A stretch of DNA of 64,000 nt from Candidatus Omnitrophota bacterium (GCA_022710715.1 JAKLGJ010000004.1:192166-256165), one strand, 5' to 3'; positions 1 to 11,120 are shown, numbered from the stretch's first letter. Made by a program: numbers and translations. The notes: generated by a model from the letters alone, not told the origin.

Positions 1-965
1 GGTATCAGGGGCCGGTATTCATCCAGGCGGATCACGTTCAGGTCAACGCCAAGAAATACGCCGAAGACCCGGACAAGGAGCTTGAAGGTATCAAAGCTTT
101 GATCGCCGACGCGGTCGCGAACCATTTCTATAACATCGACATCGATTCTTCCACCGTCGTGGACCTGTCCAAGTCGGACCTGAAGAAGCAGCAGTTGCAT
201 AATTATAAAGTCTGCGCCAAGCTGACCCAGTTCATCCGTCAGATCCAGCCGCGCGGGATCATGGTTTCGGTGGGCGGCGAGATCGGCGAAGTCGGCCATA
301 AGAATTCCACGCCCGAGGATATGCACGCGTTCATGGCGGGGTATAAAGAGAGCCTGCGCAAAGGGCTGGTGGGTATCAGCAAGATCAGCGTGCAGACCGG
401 CACTTCTCACGGCGGCGTGGTGCTGCCTGACGGCACGATCGCCCAGGTCAAGCTTGATTTCGACACGTTGAAGACGATCTCCGAGATCGCCCGCGCCCAG
501 TACGGCATGTGCGGAGCGGTGCAGCACGGCGCGTCTACGTTGCCCGGGGAAGCATTTAATAAATTCCCCCAGACCGAGACCGGCGAAGTGCATCTGGCCA
601 CCGAGTTCCAGAATATGATTTATGACAGCAAGCATTTTCCGGCAGCGCTTAAAGCCCGGATGTACGAATGGCTCAAGGTGAATGCCGCCGGCGAGAGAAA
701 AGAAGGCGATACCGAAGATCAGTTCTTCTACAAAGCCCGCAAGAAAGCGCTGGGCCAGTTCAAAAAAGATATCATGGGTCTGCCTGCGGATGTGCGCGCC
801 GCCATTGCCGCGGAGATCGAGGCGAAATTCGAGTTCCTTTTCAAACAGCTCAATGTCGGCAATACCAAGCAGTATGTCGATAAATTCGTTCCTTTGAAAC
901 GGGTTATCGTGCGTAAGCGCAAAGAGGGCGAAGCGGTGGTTCACGACGGCGAAGGCGCCGACTAA
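1..965 (+). CDS. Class II (metal-dependent) aldolase family protein, likely fructose-bisphosphate aldolase; 5' end lies outside the window
   Basis: Open frame runs from position 3 with no upstream start in the window. Motifs such as VSVGGEIGEVG and TSHGG resemble class II FBA. Stop TAA at 963-965. Confidence 0.5.
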   Translation, partial: YQGPVFIQADHVQVNAKKYAEDPDKELEGIKALIADAVANHFYNIDIDSSTVVDLSKSDLKKQQLHNYKVCAKLTQFIRQIQPRGIMVSVGGEIGEVGHKNSTPEDMHAFMAGYKESLRKGLVGISKISVQTGTSHGGVVLPDGTIAQVKLDFDTLKTISEIARAQYGMCGAVQHGASTLPGEAFNKFPQTETGEVHLATEFQNMIYDSKHFPAALKARMYEWLKVNAAGERKEGDTEDQFFYKARKKALGQFKKDIMGLPADVRAAIAAEIEAKFEFLFKQLNVGNTKQYVDKFVPLKRVIVRKRKEGEAVVHDGEGAD

Positions 966-1042
966 AAGGGGACGTTCCCCGGGGTACCACCCCTGAACCG
1001 AAAATGAGACGTTAGCTGTTGTTCACTCAAGAGGGAAAGCGT

Positions 1043-2695
1043 ATGCGATCAGATACGATTAAAAAAGGATTGGAACGGGTGCCGCATCGCGCGTTGCTGC
1101 ATGCGACCGGTTTGAGCCGTAAAGATCTGGAGCGTCCGTTTATCGGCGTGGCCAGCTCGTTTACCGATCTGGTGCCGGGTCACGTGGGGATGCGCGATCT
1201 GGAACGATATATCGAGCGCGGTATCTGTTATGCCGGCGCGGTGCCGTTTTTCTTCGGCATCCCGGCTATCTGCGACGGTATTGCCATGGGCCATCTGGGC
1301 ATGTGCTATCCGCTGGCTTCCCGCGAACTGATCGCGGATTCCATCGAGTCGGTTTGCAACGCGCATCAGCTCGACGGCATTGTCTGCCTGACCAACTGCG
1401 ACAAGATCACCCCGGGTATGATCATGGCCGCGGCGCGCCTGAATATCCCGACGCTGATCGTGACTGCCGGCCCGATGCTTTCCGGTCGTTTCCGCAAGCG
1501 CAAGCTGGCGTTCGTGCATGATACCTACGAGGGGCTGGCGCGCGCCAAGAAAGGCGATATTTCGGAGGAGGAACTGACCTGCCTGGAAATGGAAGCCTGT
1601 CCGGGCGCCGGTTCCTGCCAGGGATTGTATACCGCCAATACCATGGCGTGCCTTACCGAAACCATGGGCATGTCTATGCCTGGCTGCGGCACCGCCCTGG
1701 CGGTTTCCGCCAGGAAGCGGCGCATTGCCCAGGCCAGCGGCGAGCGGATTGTGGAGATGGTCAAAAAGAACATCAAGCCGCGGGATATCATTACCGCGGA
1801 ATCGATCGAGAACGCGATCACCGTGGATATGGCGCTGGGCGGTTCCAGCAACACCGTGCTGCATCTGATGGCGATCGCTCATGAAGCCGGCCTGAAGCTG
1901 GAACTCAAGAAATTCGACGAGATCAGCAAACGGGTGCCGCATATCACCAACCTGGAACCTGCCGGGCCGCATTTTATGGAAGACGTGGAATTCTCCGGAG
2001 GGATCCCGGCCGTGCTCAAACGCTTGAAGGCGCAGCTGCACAATACCACCACCGCCAGCGGCAGAAAGATACACGAGATCGCCGATAGCGCGGAAATCGC
2101 GGATGAAGAAGTGATCCGTTCTTTCGGGCGGGCCTACCACAAAGAGGGCGGGATCGCCGTGCTCTACGGTAATCTGGCTCCCAAGGGAGCGGTGGTGAAA
2201 CAGTCCGGCGTGAATCCGCAGATGATGACGTTTACCGGTAAAGCCTGTGTTTTCAACCGGGAAGAGGAGGCCATGCAGGCGATCCTCAACGGCAAGATCA
2301 AGAAGGGCGATTGCGTGGTGATCCGTTACGAAGGGCCTTCGGGCGGCCCGGGCATGCGCGAGATGCTCGCGCCCACCGCCGCGATCGTGGGGTTAGGGCT
2401 GGCTAACGACGTGGCCCTTATTACCGACGGTCGGTTTTCCGGAGGGACCAAAGGACCGTGCATCGGGCATATGTCGCCTGAAGCGGCAGCCGGCGGCCCG
2501 ATTGCTATTTTAAAGAATGGTGATATAATTACCATAGATATTCCCAATCGTACCATTGCGGTGAAACTTACCCGGGCCCAGATACGCAAACGGTTCAAGA
2601 GCTGGAAACCTGTTCCGCCTAAGATCAAAACAGGATATCTCGCCCGTTACTCGCGTATGGTCAGCTCGGCAGATAAAGGAGCGGTTCTTTTCTGA
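1043..2695 (+). CDS. ilvD: Dihydroxy-acid dehydratase
   Basis: Full-length IlvD/EDD-family similarity ([12 protein letters not shown]). ATG at 1043 is preceded by a GAGGGAAAG RBS; the ORF-track start at 1019 is TTG. Confidence 0.9.
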   Translation: MRSDTIKKGLERVPHRALLHATGLSRKDLERPFIGVASSFTDLVPGHVGMRDLERYIERGICYAGAVPFFFGIPAICDGIAMGHLGMCYPLASRELIADSIESVCNAHQLDGIVCLTNCDKITPGMIMAAARLNIPTLIVTAGPMLSGRFRKRKLAFVHDTYEGLARAKKGDISEEELTCLEMEACPGAGSCQGLYTANTMACLTETMGMSMPGCGTALAVSARKRRIAQASGERIVEMVKKNIKPRDIITAESIENAITVDMALGGSSNTVLHLMAIAHEAGLKLELKKFDEISKRVPHITNLEPAGPHFMEDVEFSGGIPAVLKRLKAQLHNTTTASGRKIHEIADSAEIADEEVIRSFGRAYHKEGGIAVLYGNLAPKGAVVKQSGVNPQMMTFTGKACVFNREEEAMQAILNGKIKKGDCVVIRYEGPSGGPGMREMLAPTAAIVGLGLANDVALITDGRFSGGTKGPCIGHMSPEAAAGGPIAILKNGDIITIDIPNRTIAVKLTRAQIRKRFKSWKPVPPKIKTGYLARYSRMVSSADKGAVLF

Positions 2696-2721
2696 AAACG
2701 GTCGAACCGCGCACACAGACT

Positions 2722-4392
2722 ATGTTAATGACAGGTTCGGAAATATTACTGGAGTGTTTGAGACGCGAAGGCGTGGAAGTGATCTTCGGCTATCCCGGCG
2801 GACAGATCCTGCCCACGTTCGATAAGATCTACGACATGGAGATGCGTTTCATTCTCACGCGTCACGAGCAGGCTGCCGCGCACGCCGCGGACGGCTATGC
2901 CCGCGCTACCGGAAAAACGGGGGTGTGTTTGTCGACTTCCGGTCCGGGCGCGACCAATCTGGTCACCGGCATCGCCAACGCTTTTATGGATTCCATTCCC
3001 ATGGTGGCGATCTCCGGGCAGGTCAAGACAACGTTGATCGGCAACGATGCGTTTCAGGAAGCGGATGTAACCGGGATCACCCGGCCGATCACCAAGCATA
3101 ATTATCTGGTCAAAGACGTAAAGGATCTGGCGCAAACCGTGCGCGAAGCTTTTTACATCGCTTCTACCGGCCGGCCCGGTCCGGTGTTGATCGATTTCCC
3201 TTCGGACGTGCAGAACGCCAGGACTGAATTCGTGTGGCCGGAAAAAGTATCCTTGCGCAGCTATAAACCGACGATGTTCGGTCATCCCGGACAGATCAAG
3301 AAAGCGGTCAGGATGATTTGCAGCGCTGAACGTCCGGTGATCTATGCCGGCGGCGGAGTGATCCTGTCCAACGCCAGCGATGAATTGCGTCAGCTGGCGG
3401 AAACGATCAAAGCGCCGGTGACCATGACGCTTATGGGGCTGGGTGCTTTTCCCATCACGCACCCGTTCTGTCTGGGCATGCTCGGTATGCACGGGACGGC
3501 GTACGCCAATCACGCGATCATGGAGTCCGACCTGATCATTGCCGTCGGCGCGCGTTTCGACGACCGGGTTACCGGCAAGCTCGACGCGTTCGCGCCGCAC
3601 GCCAGGATCATCCATATCGATATCGATCCGTCATCGATCAGCAAGAATGTCGGCGTGGATATCCCGATCGTGGGCGACGTGAAGAACGTGCTCGGCCAGT
3701 TGCTCGAAGAATTCAAGAAAACTCCGGACACCGCCGAGTGGTTGAAAGCGGTCGAGGCGTTAAAGAAGAAATTCCCGTTGAAATATACGGATAAAGCGAA
3801 GCTGAGTCCGCAGTATATACTCCAGCAGATAGATGAGGCTACCGGCGGCAACGCCATCATCTGCACGGAAGTAGGCCAGCACCAGATGTGGTCGGCGCAA
3901 TGGTTCAAGTTCAGCCATCCGCGCAGCTTTCTCACTTCCGGGGGGCTGGGCACAATGGGTTTCGGCTTTCCGGCGTCAATGGGCGCCAAGGTCGGCTGCC
4001 CGGACAAAACGGTATTCAACATCGCCGGCGACGGATCGATCCAGATGAACATCCAGGAACTGGCTACCTGTGTCTGTAACAAGATCCCGGTGAAAGTGGC
4101 TATTCTCAACAACGGTTTTCTGGGTATGGTGCGCCAGTGGCAGGAGCTTTTCTATAAGCACCGTTACTCGCATACCACACTCTATAATCCCGATTTTGTC
4201 AAGCTTGCCGAAAGTTACGGAGCGGCGGGGTTGCGCGTGACCAGAAAAGAAGACGTGCGGCCGGCGATCGATAAAGCCATCAAAACGGATAATGTCGTGT
4301 TCATGGATTTTCATATCGAGCCGGAAGAGAACGTGTTTCCGATGGTGCCGGCCGGAGAAGCGCTGAACCGGATGATCGAAGGGCTGGCGTAA
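2722..4392 (+). CDS. ilvB: Acetolactate synthase large subunit (TPP-dependent)
   Basis: N-terminal GYPGG, a GSDG-class thiamine-diphosphate-binding motif (here GDGS) and the FAD domain; 556 aa; ilv operon context. Confidence 0.9.
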   Translation: MLMTGSEILLECLRREGVEVIFGYPGGQILPTFDKIYDMEMRFILTRHEQAAAHAADGYARATGKTGVCLSTSGPGATNLVTGIANAFMDSIPMVAISGQVKTTLIGNDAFQEADVTGITRPITKHNYLVKDVKDLAQTVREAFYIASTGRPGPVLIDFPSDVQNARTEFVWPEKVSLRSYKPTMFGHPGQIKKAVRMICSAERPVIYAGGGVILSNASDELRQLAETIKAPVTMTLMGLGAFPITHPFCLGMLGMHGTAYANHAIMESDLIIAVGARFDDRVTGKLDAFAPHARIIHIDIDPSSISKNVGVDIPIVGDVKNVLGQLLEEFKKTPDTAEWLKAVEALKKKFPLKYTDKAKLSPQYILQQIDEATGGNAIICTEVGQHQMWSAQWFKFSHPRSFLTSGGLGTMGFGFPASMGAKVGCPDKTVFNIAGDGSIQMNIQELATCVCNKIPVKVAILNNGFLGMVRQWQELFYKHRYSHTTLYNPDFVKLAESYGAAGLRVTRKEDVRPAIDKAIKTDNVVFMDFHIEPEENVFPMVPAGEALNRMIEGLA

Positions 4393-4428
4393 TGAGTTAC
4401 GGAGACAGCGCATAATGTCAGGAAAATT

Positions 4429-4902
4429 ATGAGACATACTATATCGGTACTGGTTGAGAACAAGTTCGGCGTGCTGGCGCGCGTGGCGGGATTGTTCAGC
4501 GCCCGCGGGTATAATATCGCTTCGCTGGCGGTCAGCGAAACGCTGACGCCGGACATTTCGTATATGACCATCGTAGTCGAGGCTAAAGACGAGAGGGTGC
4601 TTGAGCAGATCAAGAAGCAGCTCAATAAGCTTATCGACGTGATCTCGGTAACCGATTTCACCAAGAAAGAGCATCTGGACCGGGAGCTGGTGCTGGTCAA
4701 GGTCCGTTACGGCGCAAAAGAGAAAACCAAGCTTGAATCTATCGCCAAGAAATTCTCCGCAACGGTGGTCAAGTGCAAGGCGGATTGCCTGATCATCCAG
4801 GCGGTAGGCGATCAGCTGCAGATAAAAGGTTTATTGGAAGCACTGGGGCATTACACCATCCAGGAATTGATCCGGACCGGCCGTATCGCGCTGACGTATT
4901 AG
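4429..4902 (+). CDS. ilvN: Acetolactate synthase small (regulatory) subunit, ACT domain
   Basis: ACT-domain start (HTISVLVENKFGVLARVAGLFSARGYNI), 157 aa, directly downstream of ilvB. Confidence 0.88.
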   Translation: MRHTISVLVENKFGVLARVAGLFSARGYNIASLAVSETLTPDISYMTIVVEAKDERVLEQIKKQLNKLIDVISVTDFTKKEHLDRELVLVKVRYGAKEKTKLESIAKKFSATVVKCKADCLIIQAVGDQLQIKGLLEALGHYTIQELIRTGRIALTY

Positions 4903-4938
4903 CGACGGGTCCACTAATCGAGAGAAAGGGGTAAGATC

Positions 4939-5931
4939 ATGGCAAAAGTTTACTATGACAAAGACGCGGATTTAGGATTGCTTAAAGACAAGACCGTGGC
5001 TATCATCGGGTACGGTATCCAGGGAAGAGGTCAGTCGTTGTGTTTGCGTGATTCGGGGGTGCGCGTGGTGGTTTCCGAGATGGAAGGCACGCCGAATTTC
5101 CAGAAGGCCAAAGAGGACGGCTTCACTCCGGTTTCCGCGGCGGAAGCAGCCCGGGCGGCTGATATCATCCAGATCCTCACCCAGGATCACGTGCAGGCCA
5201 AAGTATACGTCGATGCGATCAAGCCGAATTTGAAAAAAGGCAAAGCCCTGTGTTTCTCTCACGGGTTCAATATCCATTTCAAGCAGATCAAGCCGCCCAA
5301 GAGCGTGGATGTTTTCATGGTCGCTCCCAAAGGTCCCGGCGCGCTCGTGCGCAAAATGTATGAAGAAGGCAAAGGCGTGCCTTCGCTGGTGGCGGTGTTC
5401 CAGGATGCTTCCGGCGAAGCGCTGAAGATCGCGCTGGCTTACGCCAAGGCGCTCAAAGCCACGACCGCCGGAGTCATCGAGACGACATTCAAGGAAGAGA
5501 CGGAAACGGATCTGTTCGGCGAGCAGGCAGTGCTCTGCGGCGGAGTTTCCGCTCTGATCAAAGCCGGGTTCGAAGTGCTGGTGGAAGCCGGGTATCAGCC
5601 GGAGATCGCTTATTTCGAAGTGCTGCATGAATTGAAACTGATCACGGATATCATCCAGGAAAAAGGCATCAGCGGCATGCGCCGCGGCGTTTCCAACACC
5701 GCCTGCTACGGGGATATTACCCGCGGTCCGCGCATCGTCACTGACAGGACCAAGAAAGAAATGCAAAAGATCCTCAAGGAGATCCAGAAAGGCAAGTTCG
5801 CCAAGGAATGGATCGCCGAGAATGAGCAGGGGCGTCCGAATTTTAACCGCCTGCTTGATGAAGGCGACAAGCACCAGATCGAACAGGTTGGAAAACAATT
5901 GAGAGATATGATGCCATGGATGAAAAAATAA
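4939..5931 (+). CDS. ilvC: Ketol-acid reductoisomerase
   Basis: GYGxQG Rossmann motif; 330 aa class I KARI. Confidence 0.9.
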   Translation: MAKVYYDKDADLGLLKDKTVAIIGYGIQGRGQSLCLRDSGVRVVVSEMEGTPNFQKAKEDGFTPVSAAEAARAADIIQILTQDHVQAKVYVDAIKPNLKKGKALCFSHGFNIHFKQIKPPKSVDVFMVAPKGPGALVRKMYEEGKGVPSLVAVFQDASGEALKIALAYAKALKATTAGVIETTFKEETETDLFGEQAVLCGGVSALIKAGFEVLVEAGYQPEIAYFEVLHELKLITDIIQEKGISGMRRGVSNTACYGDITRGPRIVTDRTKKEMQKILKEIQKGKFAKEWIAENEQGRPNFNRLLDEGDKHQIEQVGKQLRDMMPWMKK

Positions 5932-7424
5932 TAATCTTCGATACCACGTTACGCGACGGAGAACAGGCGCCCGGGGCGACCCTCAACCAGAAAGAAAAGA
6001 TGGAGGTTGCCTGCGCGCTGGCCGATCTGGGCGTGGATATCATTGAGGCCGGTTTTCCTGTTTCCTCAAAAGGCGATTTTGAGTCGGTTAAGGAGATCGC
6101 CCGCCGGATCAAGGGGCCGGTGATCGCCGGGCTGGCGCGTTGCGTGAACAAAGACATCGAGGCCGCGGGGCTGGCGTTAAAACCCGCCAAACGGCCGCGC
6201 ATCCATGTTTTCCTGGCTACTTCCAAGATCCACATGAAGTATAAATTGAAGAAAGCCGAGGATGAGATCCTGCGGCTGGCCGTGGAAGGGGTAAAGTACG
6301 CGCGTAAATTCTGCCGCGACGTCGAATTCTCCCCCGAAGACGCTTCGCGTACCGAACGCGATTTTCTCTGCCGCGTGGTCGAAGCGGTTATCGCTGCCGG
6401 CGCTTCGACGGTGAATATTCCCGATACCGTCGGTTACAGCGAGCCCGAGGAATTCGGCAGCGTGATCGATACGGTGGTCAACCGGGTTCCCAATATCGAT
6501 AAAGCGATTATTTCCGTACATTGCCATAACGATCTCGGCCTGGCCGTGGCTAATTCGCTGGCAGCGGTCAAGAACGGCGCCCGTCAGGTGGAATGCACTA
6601 TCAACGGTCTGGGCGAGCGCGCCGGAAACGCTTCTATGGAAGAAGTCGTCATGTCCATCAGGACGCGCAGGGATATCTATCGCGGACTGTCCACCAATAT
6701 CAGGACGGAACAGTTGACCAAGGTTTCCCGGCTGGTAAGCAAGCTGACCGGCTTCGTGGTCGCTCCCAACAAAGCGATCGTCGGCGCGAATGCCTTCAGG
6801 CACGAATCCGGCATCCATCAGGACGGCGTGATCAAAGAACGCAGCACCTACGAGATCATCGATCCCAAAGAAGTCGGGTTCGCCGGCGGCGAAGGGCTGG
6901 TGCTGGGCAAACATTCCGGCCGGCATGCATTTGACCAGCGCCTGCAAGCCCTGGGGTTCCAATTGAAAGAAGAGCCGCTTAACCGCGCTTTCGAACGCTT
7001 CAAGGACCTGGCGGATAAGAAAAAAGATATTTACGATGACGATCTGCGCACGATCGTCGAAGATCAGATTACCGTGATCGAGCCGGTCTGGTCGCTCGAC
7101 AGCTTTGAAGTGTATTCCGGAACCAGCCTGACGCCCAGCGCCATAGTCAAGTTGAAGAAAAAAGGAAAAGTCCTCAACGGCGCCTCGGCCGGCGACGGCC
7201 CGGTAGACGCGTGTTTCAAAGCCATCGATAAGGTCACCAATCTTCAGGCGAAGCTGTCTGATTTTCGCCTTGAGGCGGTAACGTCTGGAAAAGACGCCCT
7301 CGGCCATGTCAGTCTGAAATTGACGGCCAGAGGGGCGACCAAGATCGGCGGCGGCTCAAGCACGGATATCATCGAAGCTGCGATTAAAGCTTATCTGGAC
7401 GCCGTCAATAAGTTCGAAGATTAG
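5916..7424 (+). CDS. leuA: 2-isopropylmalate synthase
   Basis: [10 protein letters not shown] and HxH motifs of the DRE-TIM family plus the C-terminal LeuA dimerisation domain. Overlaps the ilvC 3' end by 16 nt. Confidence 0.88.
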   Translation: MDEKIIIFDTTLRDGEQAPGATLNQKEKMEVACALADLGVDIIEAGFPVSSKGDFESVKEIARRIKGPVIAGLARCVNKDIEAAGLALKPAKRPRIHVFLATSKIHMKYKLKKAEDEILRLAVEGVKYARKFCRDVEFSPEDASRTERDFLCRVVEAVIAAGASTVNIPDTVGYSEPEEFGSVIDTVVNRVPNIDKAIISVHCHNDLGLAVANSLAAVKNGARQVECTINGLGERAGNASMEEVVMSIRTRRDIYRGLSTNIRTEQLTKVSRLVSKLTGFVVAPNKAIVGANAFRHESGIHQDGVIKERSTYEIIDPKEVGFAGGEGLVLGKHSGRHAFDQRLQALGFQLKEEPLNRAFERFKDLADKKKDIYDDDLRTIVEDQITVIEPVWSLDSFEVYSGTSLTPSAIVKLKKKGKVLNGASAGDGPVDACFKAIDKVTNLQAKLSDFRLEAVTSGKDALGHVSLKLTARGATKIGGGSSTDIIEAAIKAYLDAVNKFED

Positions 7425-7432
7425 TGAGCCCA

Positions 7433-8266
7433 ATGCGCATGTACGGTTTGCTCGGGTGGCCGGTTAAACACAGCTTTTCTCCGGCGATGCATAACGCCGC
7501 TTTCAAGGCATTGGGCATCAATGCCGAGTATAAGCTCTTCCCCGTAGCTCCGGACGACATCGACACCTTCCTCGGGAGCCTCGATCCGCAATCCGTGTCC
7601 GGGCTCAACGTCACTGTCCCCTATAAAGAAAAAGCGCTCGCGTTCGTGACCCTTGATCAGGAATCTTTGTTCCTGAAGCAGATCAAGGCGATCAATACCA
7701 TTGTCAACAGAGATGGCCGCTGGCTGGGATTCAATACCGATATCCCGGGGTTCAGCCGGCACCTCCTGCAACAGCGCAATCCCGCGGGCAAGAATGTCGC
7801 CATCCTTGGCGCCGGAGGCGCTTGTCGGGCTGTAGCGTATGTCCTCGCGCAGTGCCGGGCCCGGCAGATCAGTATCTTCGACATAGACCGGCAAAAAGCG
7901 GACGCGATCGTGGAGATGATCAAAGATATCTTCAGCGGGTTTCCCATCCATTCGGCGGCGCATCTTGAAGAACTGGATATCCCTCATCAGGATATCCTCA
8001 TCAACGCTACGCCGGTGGGATTAAAGGAAACGGATCCGCTTCTGGTCGAGCCTCTGTGGTTGCATCGGGATATGTTTGTTTACGATCTGATCTACAATCC
8101 GGCGCAGACCAGGTTGTTGCGTGCCGCCAGCGAAAACGGTTGTCAAGTCTCCAACGGTCTGGGCATGCTCTTATACCAGGGTATGCTTTCATTCCAGATC
8201 TGGACCGGGGCCGCTGCGCCGGAGGAAGTATTTCGCACCGCTTTAGAGTCGGCGTTAAGGCATTGA
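7433..8266 (+). CDS. aroE: Shikimate dehydrogenase
   Basis: N-terminal YGLLGWPVKHSFSP motif. The GTG at 7424 overlaps the leuA stop; the first ATG is at 7433. Confidence 0.85.
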   Translation: MRMYGLLGWPVKHSFSPAMHNAAFKALGINAEYKLFPVAPDDIDTFLGSLDPQSVSGLNVTVPYKEKALAFVTLDQESLFLKQIKAINTIVNRDGRWLGFNTDIPGFSRHLLQQRNPAGKNVAILGAGGACRAVAYVLAQCRARQISIFDIDRQKADAIVEMIKDIFSGFPIHSAAHLEELDIPHQDILINATPVGLKETDPLLVEPLWLHRDMFVYDLIYNPAQTRLLRAASENGCQVSNGLGMLLYQGMLSFQIWTGAAAPEEVFRTALESALRH

Positions 8267-8324
8267 GTACCCCTTGCGCAGATCGGAATTGCGCAAGGGT
8301 TGTCCCCGTGGACAAGGAGGCCCG

Positions 8325-8870
8325 ATGTTACTGATAATGGTTATTGCCGCGTTCTGCGGATTGCTCGGCGCAGTTCTGTATAACCACCTGGTGCGCGACC
8401 GCATGCTGGTGCGTGAGGCCTGGAGCGGCATCGACGTGCAGCTCAAGCGCCGCCACGATCTTATCCCGAACATCGTGGAATCCGTCAAGGGCTATATGGG
8501 TTTTGAGCAGAAAGTCCTTGAGGATGTTACCCGCCTGCGCTCGCAGCTGGATACCGTTGTCGACCAGAACGACAAGGCCCGGATGGAAAACAGCCTTTCC
8601 CGCGGGTTAAAAAGCATCTTCGCACTCGCCGAGAATTATCCCGATCTTAAAGCTAACAAGAGTTTCCTCGAACTTCAGAATACGCTGATCGCTGTCGAAG
8701 ACGAATTGCAGCTGGCCCGGCGTTATTACAACGGGACCGTGCGCAATTACAACATCATGGTGGAATCTTTTCCCAGCGCGATCGTCGCGATGCTTTTTCA
8801 TTTCCCGCCCGCTGCATTCTTCGAGATAGAATACGCTACAGAACGAAAAACACCCGACGTAAAATTCTAA
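8325..8870 (+). CDS. lemA: LemA family membrane protein
   Basis: N-terminal TM helix followed by the LemA-domain core. GGAGG RBS lies 5 nt upstream of the ATG at 8325. Confidence 0.8.
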   Translation: MLLIMVIAAFCGLLGAVLYNHLVRDRMLVREAWSGIDVQLKRRHDLIPNIVESVKGYMGFEQKVLEDVTRLRSQLDTVVDQNDKARMENSLSRGLKSIFALAENYPDLKANKSFLELQNTLIAVEDELQLARRYYNGTVRNYNIMVESFPSAIVAMLFHFPPAAFFEIEYATERKTPDVKF

Positions 8871-8882
8871 CCAGGAGATCTC

Positions 8883-10841
8883 ATGCGCGCAAGGAACAGT
8901 ATTCGGATCCTGATGCTGGGGATGGTTGCTTTTTTCGCGGGCGCGCTTACGCTGTGCGCCCAGAACACCGCGGAGCGGATCACGTCTTTTTCCAGCTCTA
9001 TCCGCGTTCACGAGGACAGCACCATGACGGTCACCGAGACCATTACCGTGCAGGCTGCCGGAGAGAACATCCGTCACGGCATCTACCGGGATTTTCCCAC
9101 CCGCTATAAGGATTATCTGGGCAATACCTATGTGGTCGATTTCCAGGTCCGGCGGGTCTTCCGCGACGGACTTTCCGAGAACTTCTGGGTGGAGCCGCTT
9201 GCCAACGGGAAGCGCGTGTATATCGGCAGCAAGCATGCGGTTCTTTCGCCCGGCGAGTACACGTATATCCTGGAATATCAGACCAATCGTCAACTGGGTT
9301 TTTTCCGCGATCACGACGAACTCTACTGGAATGTGACCGGCAACGGCTGGGGGTTCGAGATCGAAAAAGCGCAGGCGGTGATCGAGCTGCCGGGCGGCGC
9401 CAGGCAGCAGGTCGGCGCGCTGGAAGCGTTCACCGGTCCGCAGGGGGCCCGGGGCAGGGACTATGTAACGGGCCGCGACGCAATGGATGCTGTTACTTTT
9501 TCGACCTCCCGTCCTTTGCAGCCGGGGGAAGGTCTCACCATCGTCGTAGCCTGGCCCAAAGGTTTTGTTCGCGAGCCGGACCTGCGGCAGAAAGCGGTCT
9601 ATTTCTTCAGGGATAATCTGGGCAGCCTGGTTGGTTTTATCGGTTTGCTGGCGGTGCTGGCCTATTATCTGATCGTCTGGGCCTGGGTCGGCAAGGATCC
9701 CGCCCGGGGGACGATCATTCCGTTGTATAATCCGCCCGCGCCGCTTGATCCGGCGGCAGTGCGTTATATCATGCGCATGGGGTTCGACCAGAAATCATTT
9801 GCCGCGGAGATCATTAATATCGCGGTCAAAGGTTACATTACCATTGATGAGGCGAACGGCGGCTATATGCTCAAGAAGACCGGCCGCGCCGCCGCAGAAC
9901 TGAATGCCGGAGAATCGTTATTGTGTACCACGCTGTTCGGTTCGCGCGCCACACTCATGATCGCGCAGGAAAATCATTCGGAGATCAGCCACGCCATTGC
10001 GCAGTTGAAACAGATACTCAAGAATAATTATGAGAAGTCCTATTTTTTGACCAATATCGGATATTTTGCCGCGGGCGCGGTCATTTCCGCGGTGGTGGTC
10101 GGGATTGCGGCGCTCCTGCAGGCCAGCGAGAAACTGCCCATCGCTCTTTTTATGAGCGTGTGGTTGACCGGCTGGTCGGTGGGCGTGACGGTATTGCTCT
10201 CCCAGGTGGTTACGCAATGGAAGATCGTGTTGCGCGGCGGGAGCGGCCGCTTAGCCGCAACAGGAGGAGCGATTTTTATGAGCCTGTTCGCGTTGCCGTT
10301 CCTGGCGGGAGAGATCTTCGGCCTGGCGACGCTGGTTTACGCTACGTCCGCCACCGTGGTCCTGATCCTTTTTCTGGCCATGGGTATTAATGCGCTTTTT
10401 TATCATCTGCTCAAATCTCCCACGCTGGCCGGCCGGAAAGTCATGGACAAGATCGAAGGTTTCAAAATGTTCCTGGAGGCGGCAGAAAAAGACCGTATGA
10501 AGATCCTGTATCAACCCACAAAAACGCCGGAACTGTTCGAAAAATATTTGCCGTACGCTCTGGCGCTGGATGTGGAACAGGCCTGGGCTGAACAGTTCGC
10601 CGGCGTGCTGGACAAGGCCGCTACCGCGGAAGGCAAACACTATTCGCCGGCCTGGTATGCCGGCGCGCACTGGTCGAATCTGGGCGCCGCAGCTTTTGTT
10701 TCCAGCCTGGGCAGTTCTTTCGCCGGCGCAATATCCGCCGCTTCGCACGCACCCGGGTCGAGCTCGGGTAGCAGCGGTGGAGGGGGTGGCGGCGGTTCTT
10801 CCGGCGGCGGCGGCGGTGGCGGCGGTGGCGGCGGCTGGTAA
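8883..10841 (+). CDS. DUF2207 domain membrane protein with C-terminal Gly/Ser-rich tail
   Basis: Signal peptide, DUF2207-like N-terminal domain, multiple TM helices and a terminal SSGSSGGGGGGGSSGGGGGGGGGGGW tail. Canonical partner of LemA. Confidence 0.75.
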   Translation: MRARNSIRILMLGMVAFFAGALTLCAQNTAERITSFSSSIRVHEDSTMTVTETITVQAAGENIRHGIYRDFPTRYKDYLGNTYVVDFQVRRVFRDGLSENFWVEPLANGKRVYIGSKHAVLSPGEYTYILEYQTNRQLGFFRDHDELYWNVTGNGWGFEIEKAQAVIELPGGARQQVGALEAFTGPQGARGRDYVTGRDAMDAVTFSTSRPLQPGEGLTIVVAWPKGFVREPDLRQKAVYFFRDNLGSLVGFIGLLAVLAYYLIVWAWVGKDPARGTIIPLYNPPAPLDPAAVRYIMRMGFDQKSFAAEIINIAVKGYITIDEANGGYMLKKTGRAAAELNAGESLLCTTLFGSRATLMIAQENHSEISHAIAQLKQILKNNYEKSYFLTNIGYFAAGAVISAVVVGIAALLQASEKLPIALFMSVWLTGWSVGVTVLLSQVVTQWKIVLRGGSGRLAATGGAIFMSLFALPFLAGEIFGLATLVYATSATVVLILFLAMGINALFYHLLKSPTLAGRKVMDKIEGFKMFLEAAEKDRMKILYQPTKTPELFEKYLPYALALDVEQAWAEQFAGVLDKAATAEGKHYSPAWYAGAHWSNLGAAAFVSSLGSSFAGAISAASHAPGSSSGSSGGGGGGGSSGGGGGGGGGGGW

Positions 10842-11120
10842 TTCGCAGGCGCTTTCCCCTGTTGAAATCGTTTTCAGAAGATTTCCTCCCGGGGCTTGAA
10901 AAACGCCGGATAGTCAGGTATATTCTTTACAAGAAGACAGGGATTTCTCTTTTAAGCTTCACAGACATGGGGTCTGTATAAAAAAGAGGATGCATCAACT
11001 GATGGGCAGAGTTGATGGATCGGTTCTTTTTAGACCGCAGTGTCAGTGAAGCATTTTTTTATCGCATGGGTAGGGGTACCCGCACACAAGGAGGATGCAT
11101 GAGCCAAAAGAGGTAATACA

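Noticed and set aside
1019-1042. ORF-track start codons at 1019 (ilvD), 38455 (rpsF), 48915 (radical SAM), 62775 (gcvT) and 14105 (pilD)
   Set aside because: These are TTG or GTG codons without an RBS. Downstream in-frame ATGs with Shine-Dalgarno sequences (1043, 38467, 48942, 62802, 14141) give N-termini matching the protein families.
966-1042. Leader-peptide attenuator upstream of ilvD
   Set aside because: The 77 nt gap contains only small GC hairpins and no Ile/Val/Leu-rich leader ORF.
1049-2140. Long antisense ORFs in the six-frame track (for example 1049-2140, 2746-3615, 6177-7307, 20147-21133 and 45472-46419 on the minus strand)
   Set aside because: They lie antisense to strongly conserved housekeeping genes (ilvD, ilvB, leuA, pncB, lpxC) in GC-rich DNA, where stop-free antisense frames are expected. 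Their products are low-complexity and Arg/Gly/Pro-rich.
11088-11120. 31 aa ORF MHEPKEVIQ... starting at the ATG that abuts AAGGAGG upstream of the protease gene
   Set aside because: The RBS-to-ATG spacing is 0 nt. The frame simply overlaps the real protease start, whose RBS AAGAGG has 7 nt spacing. No conservation is expected.
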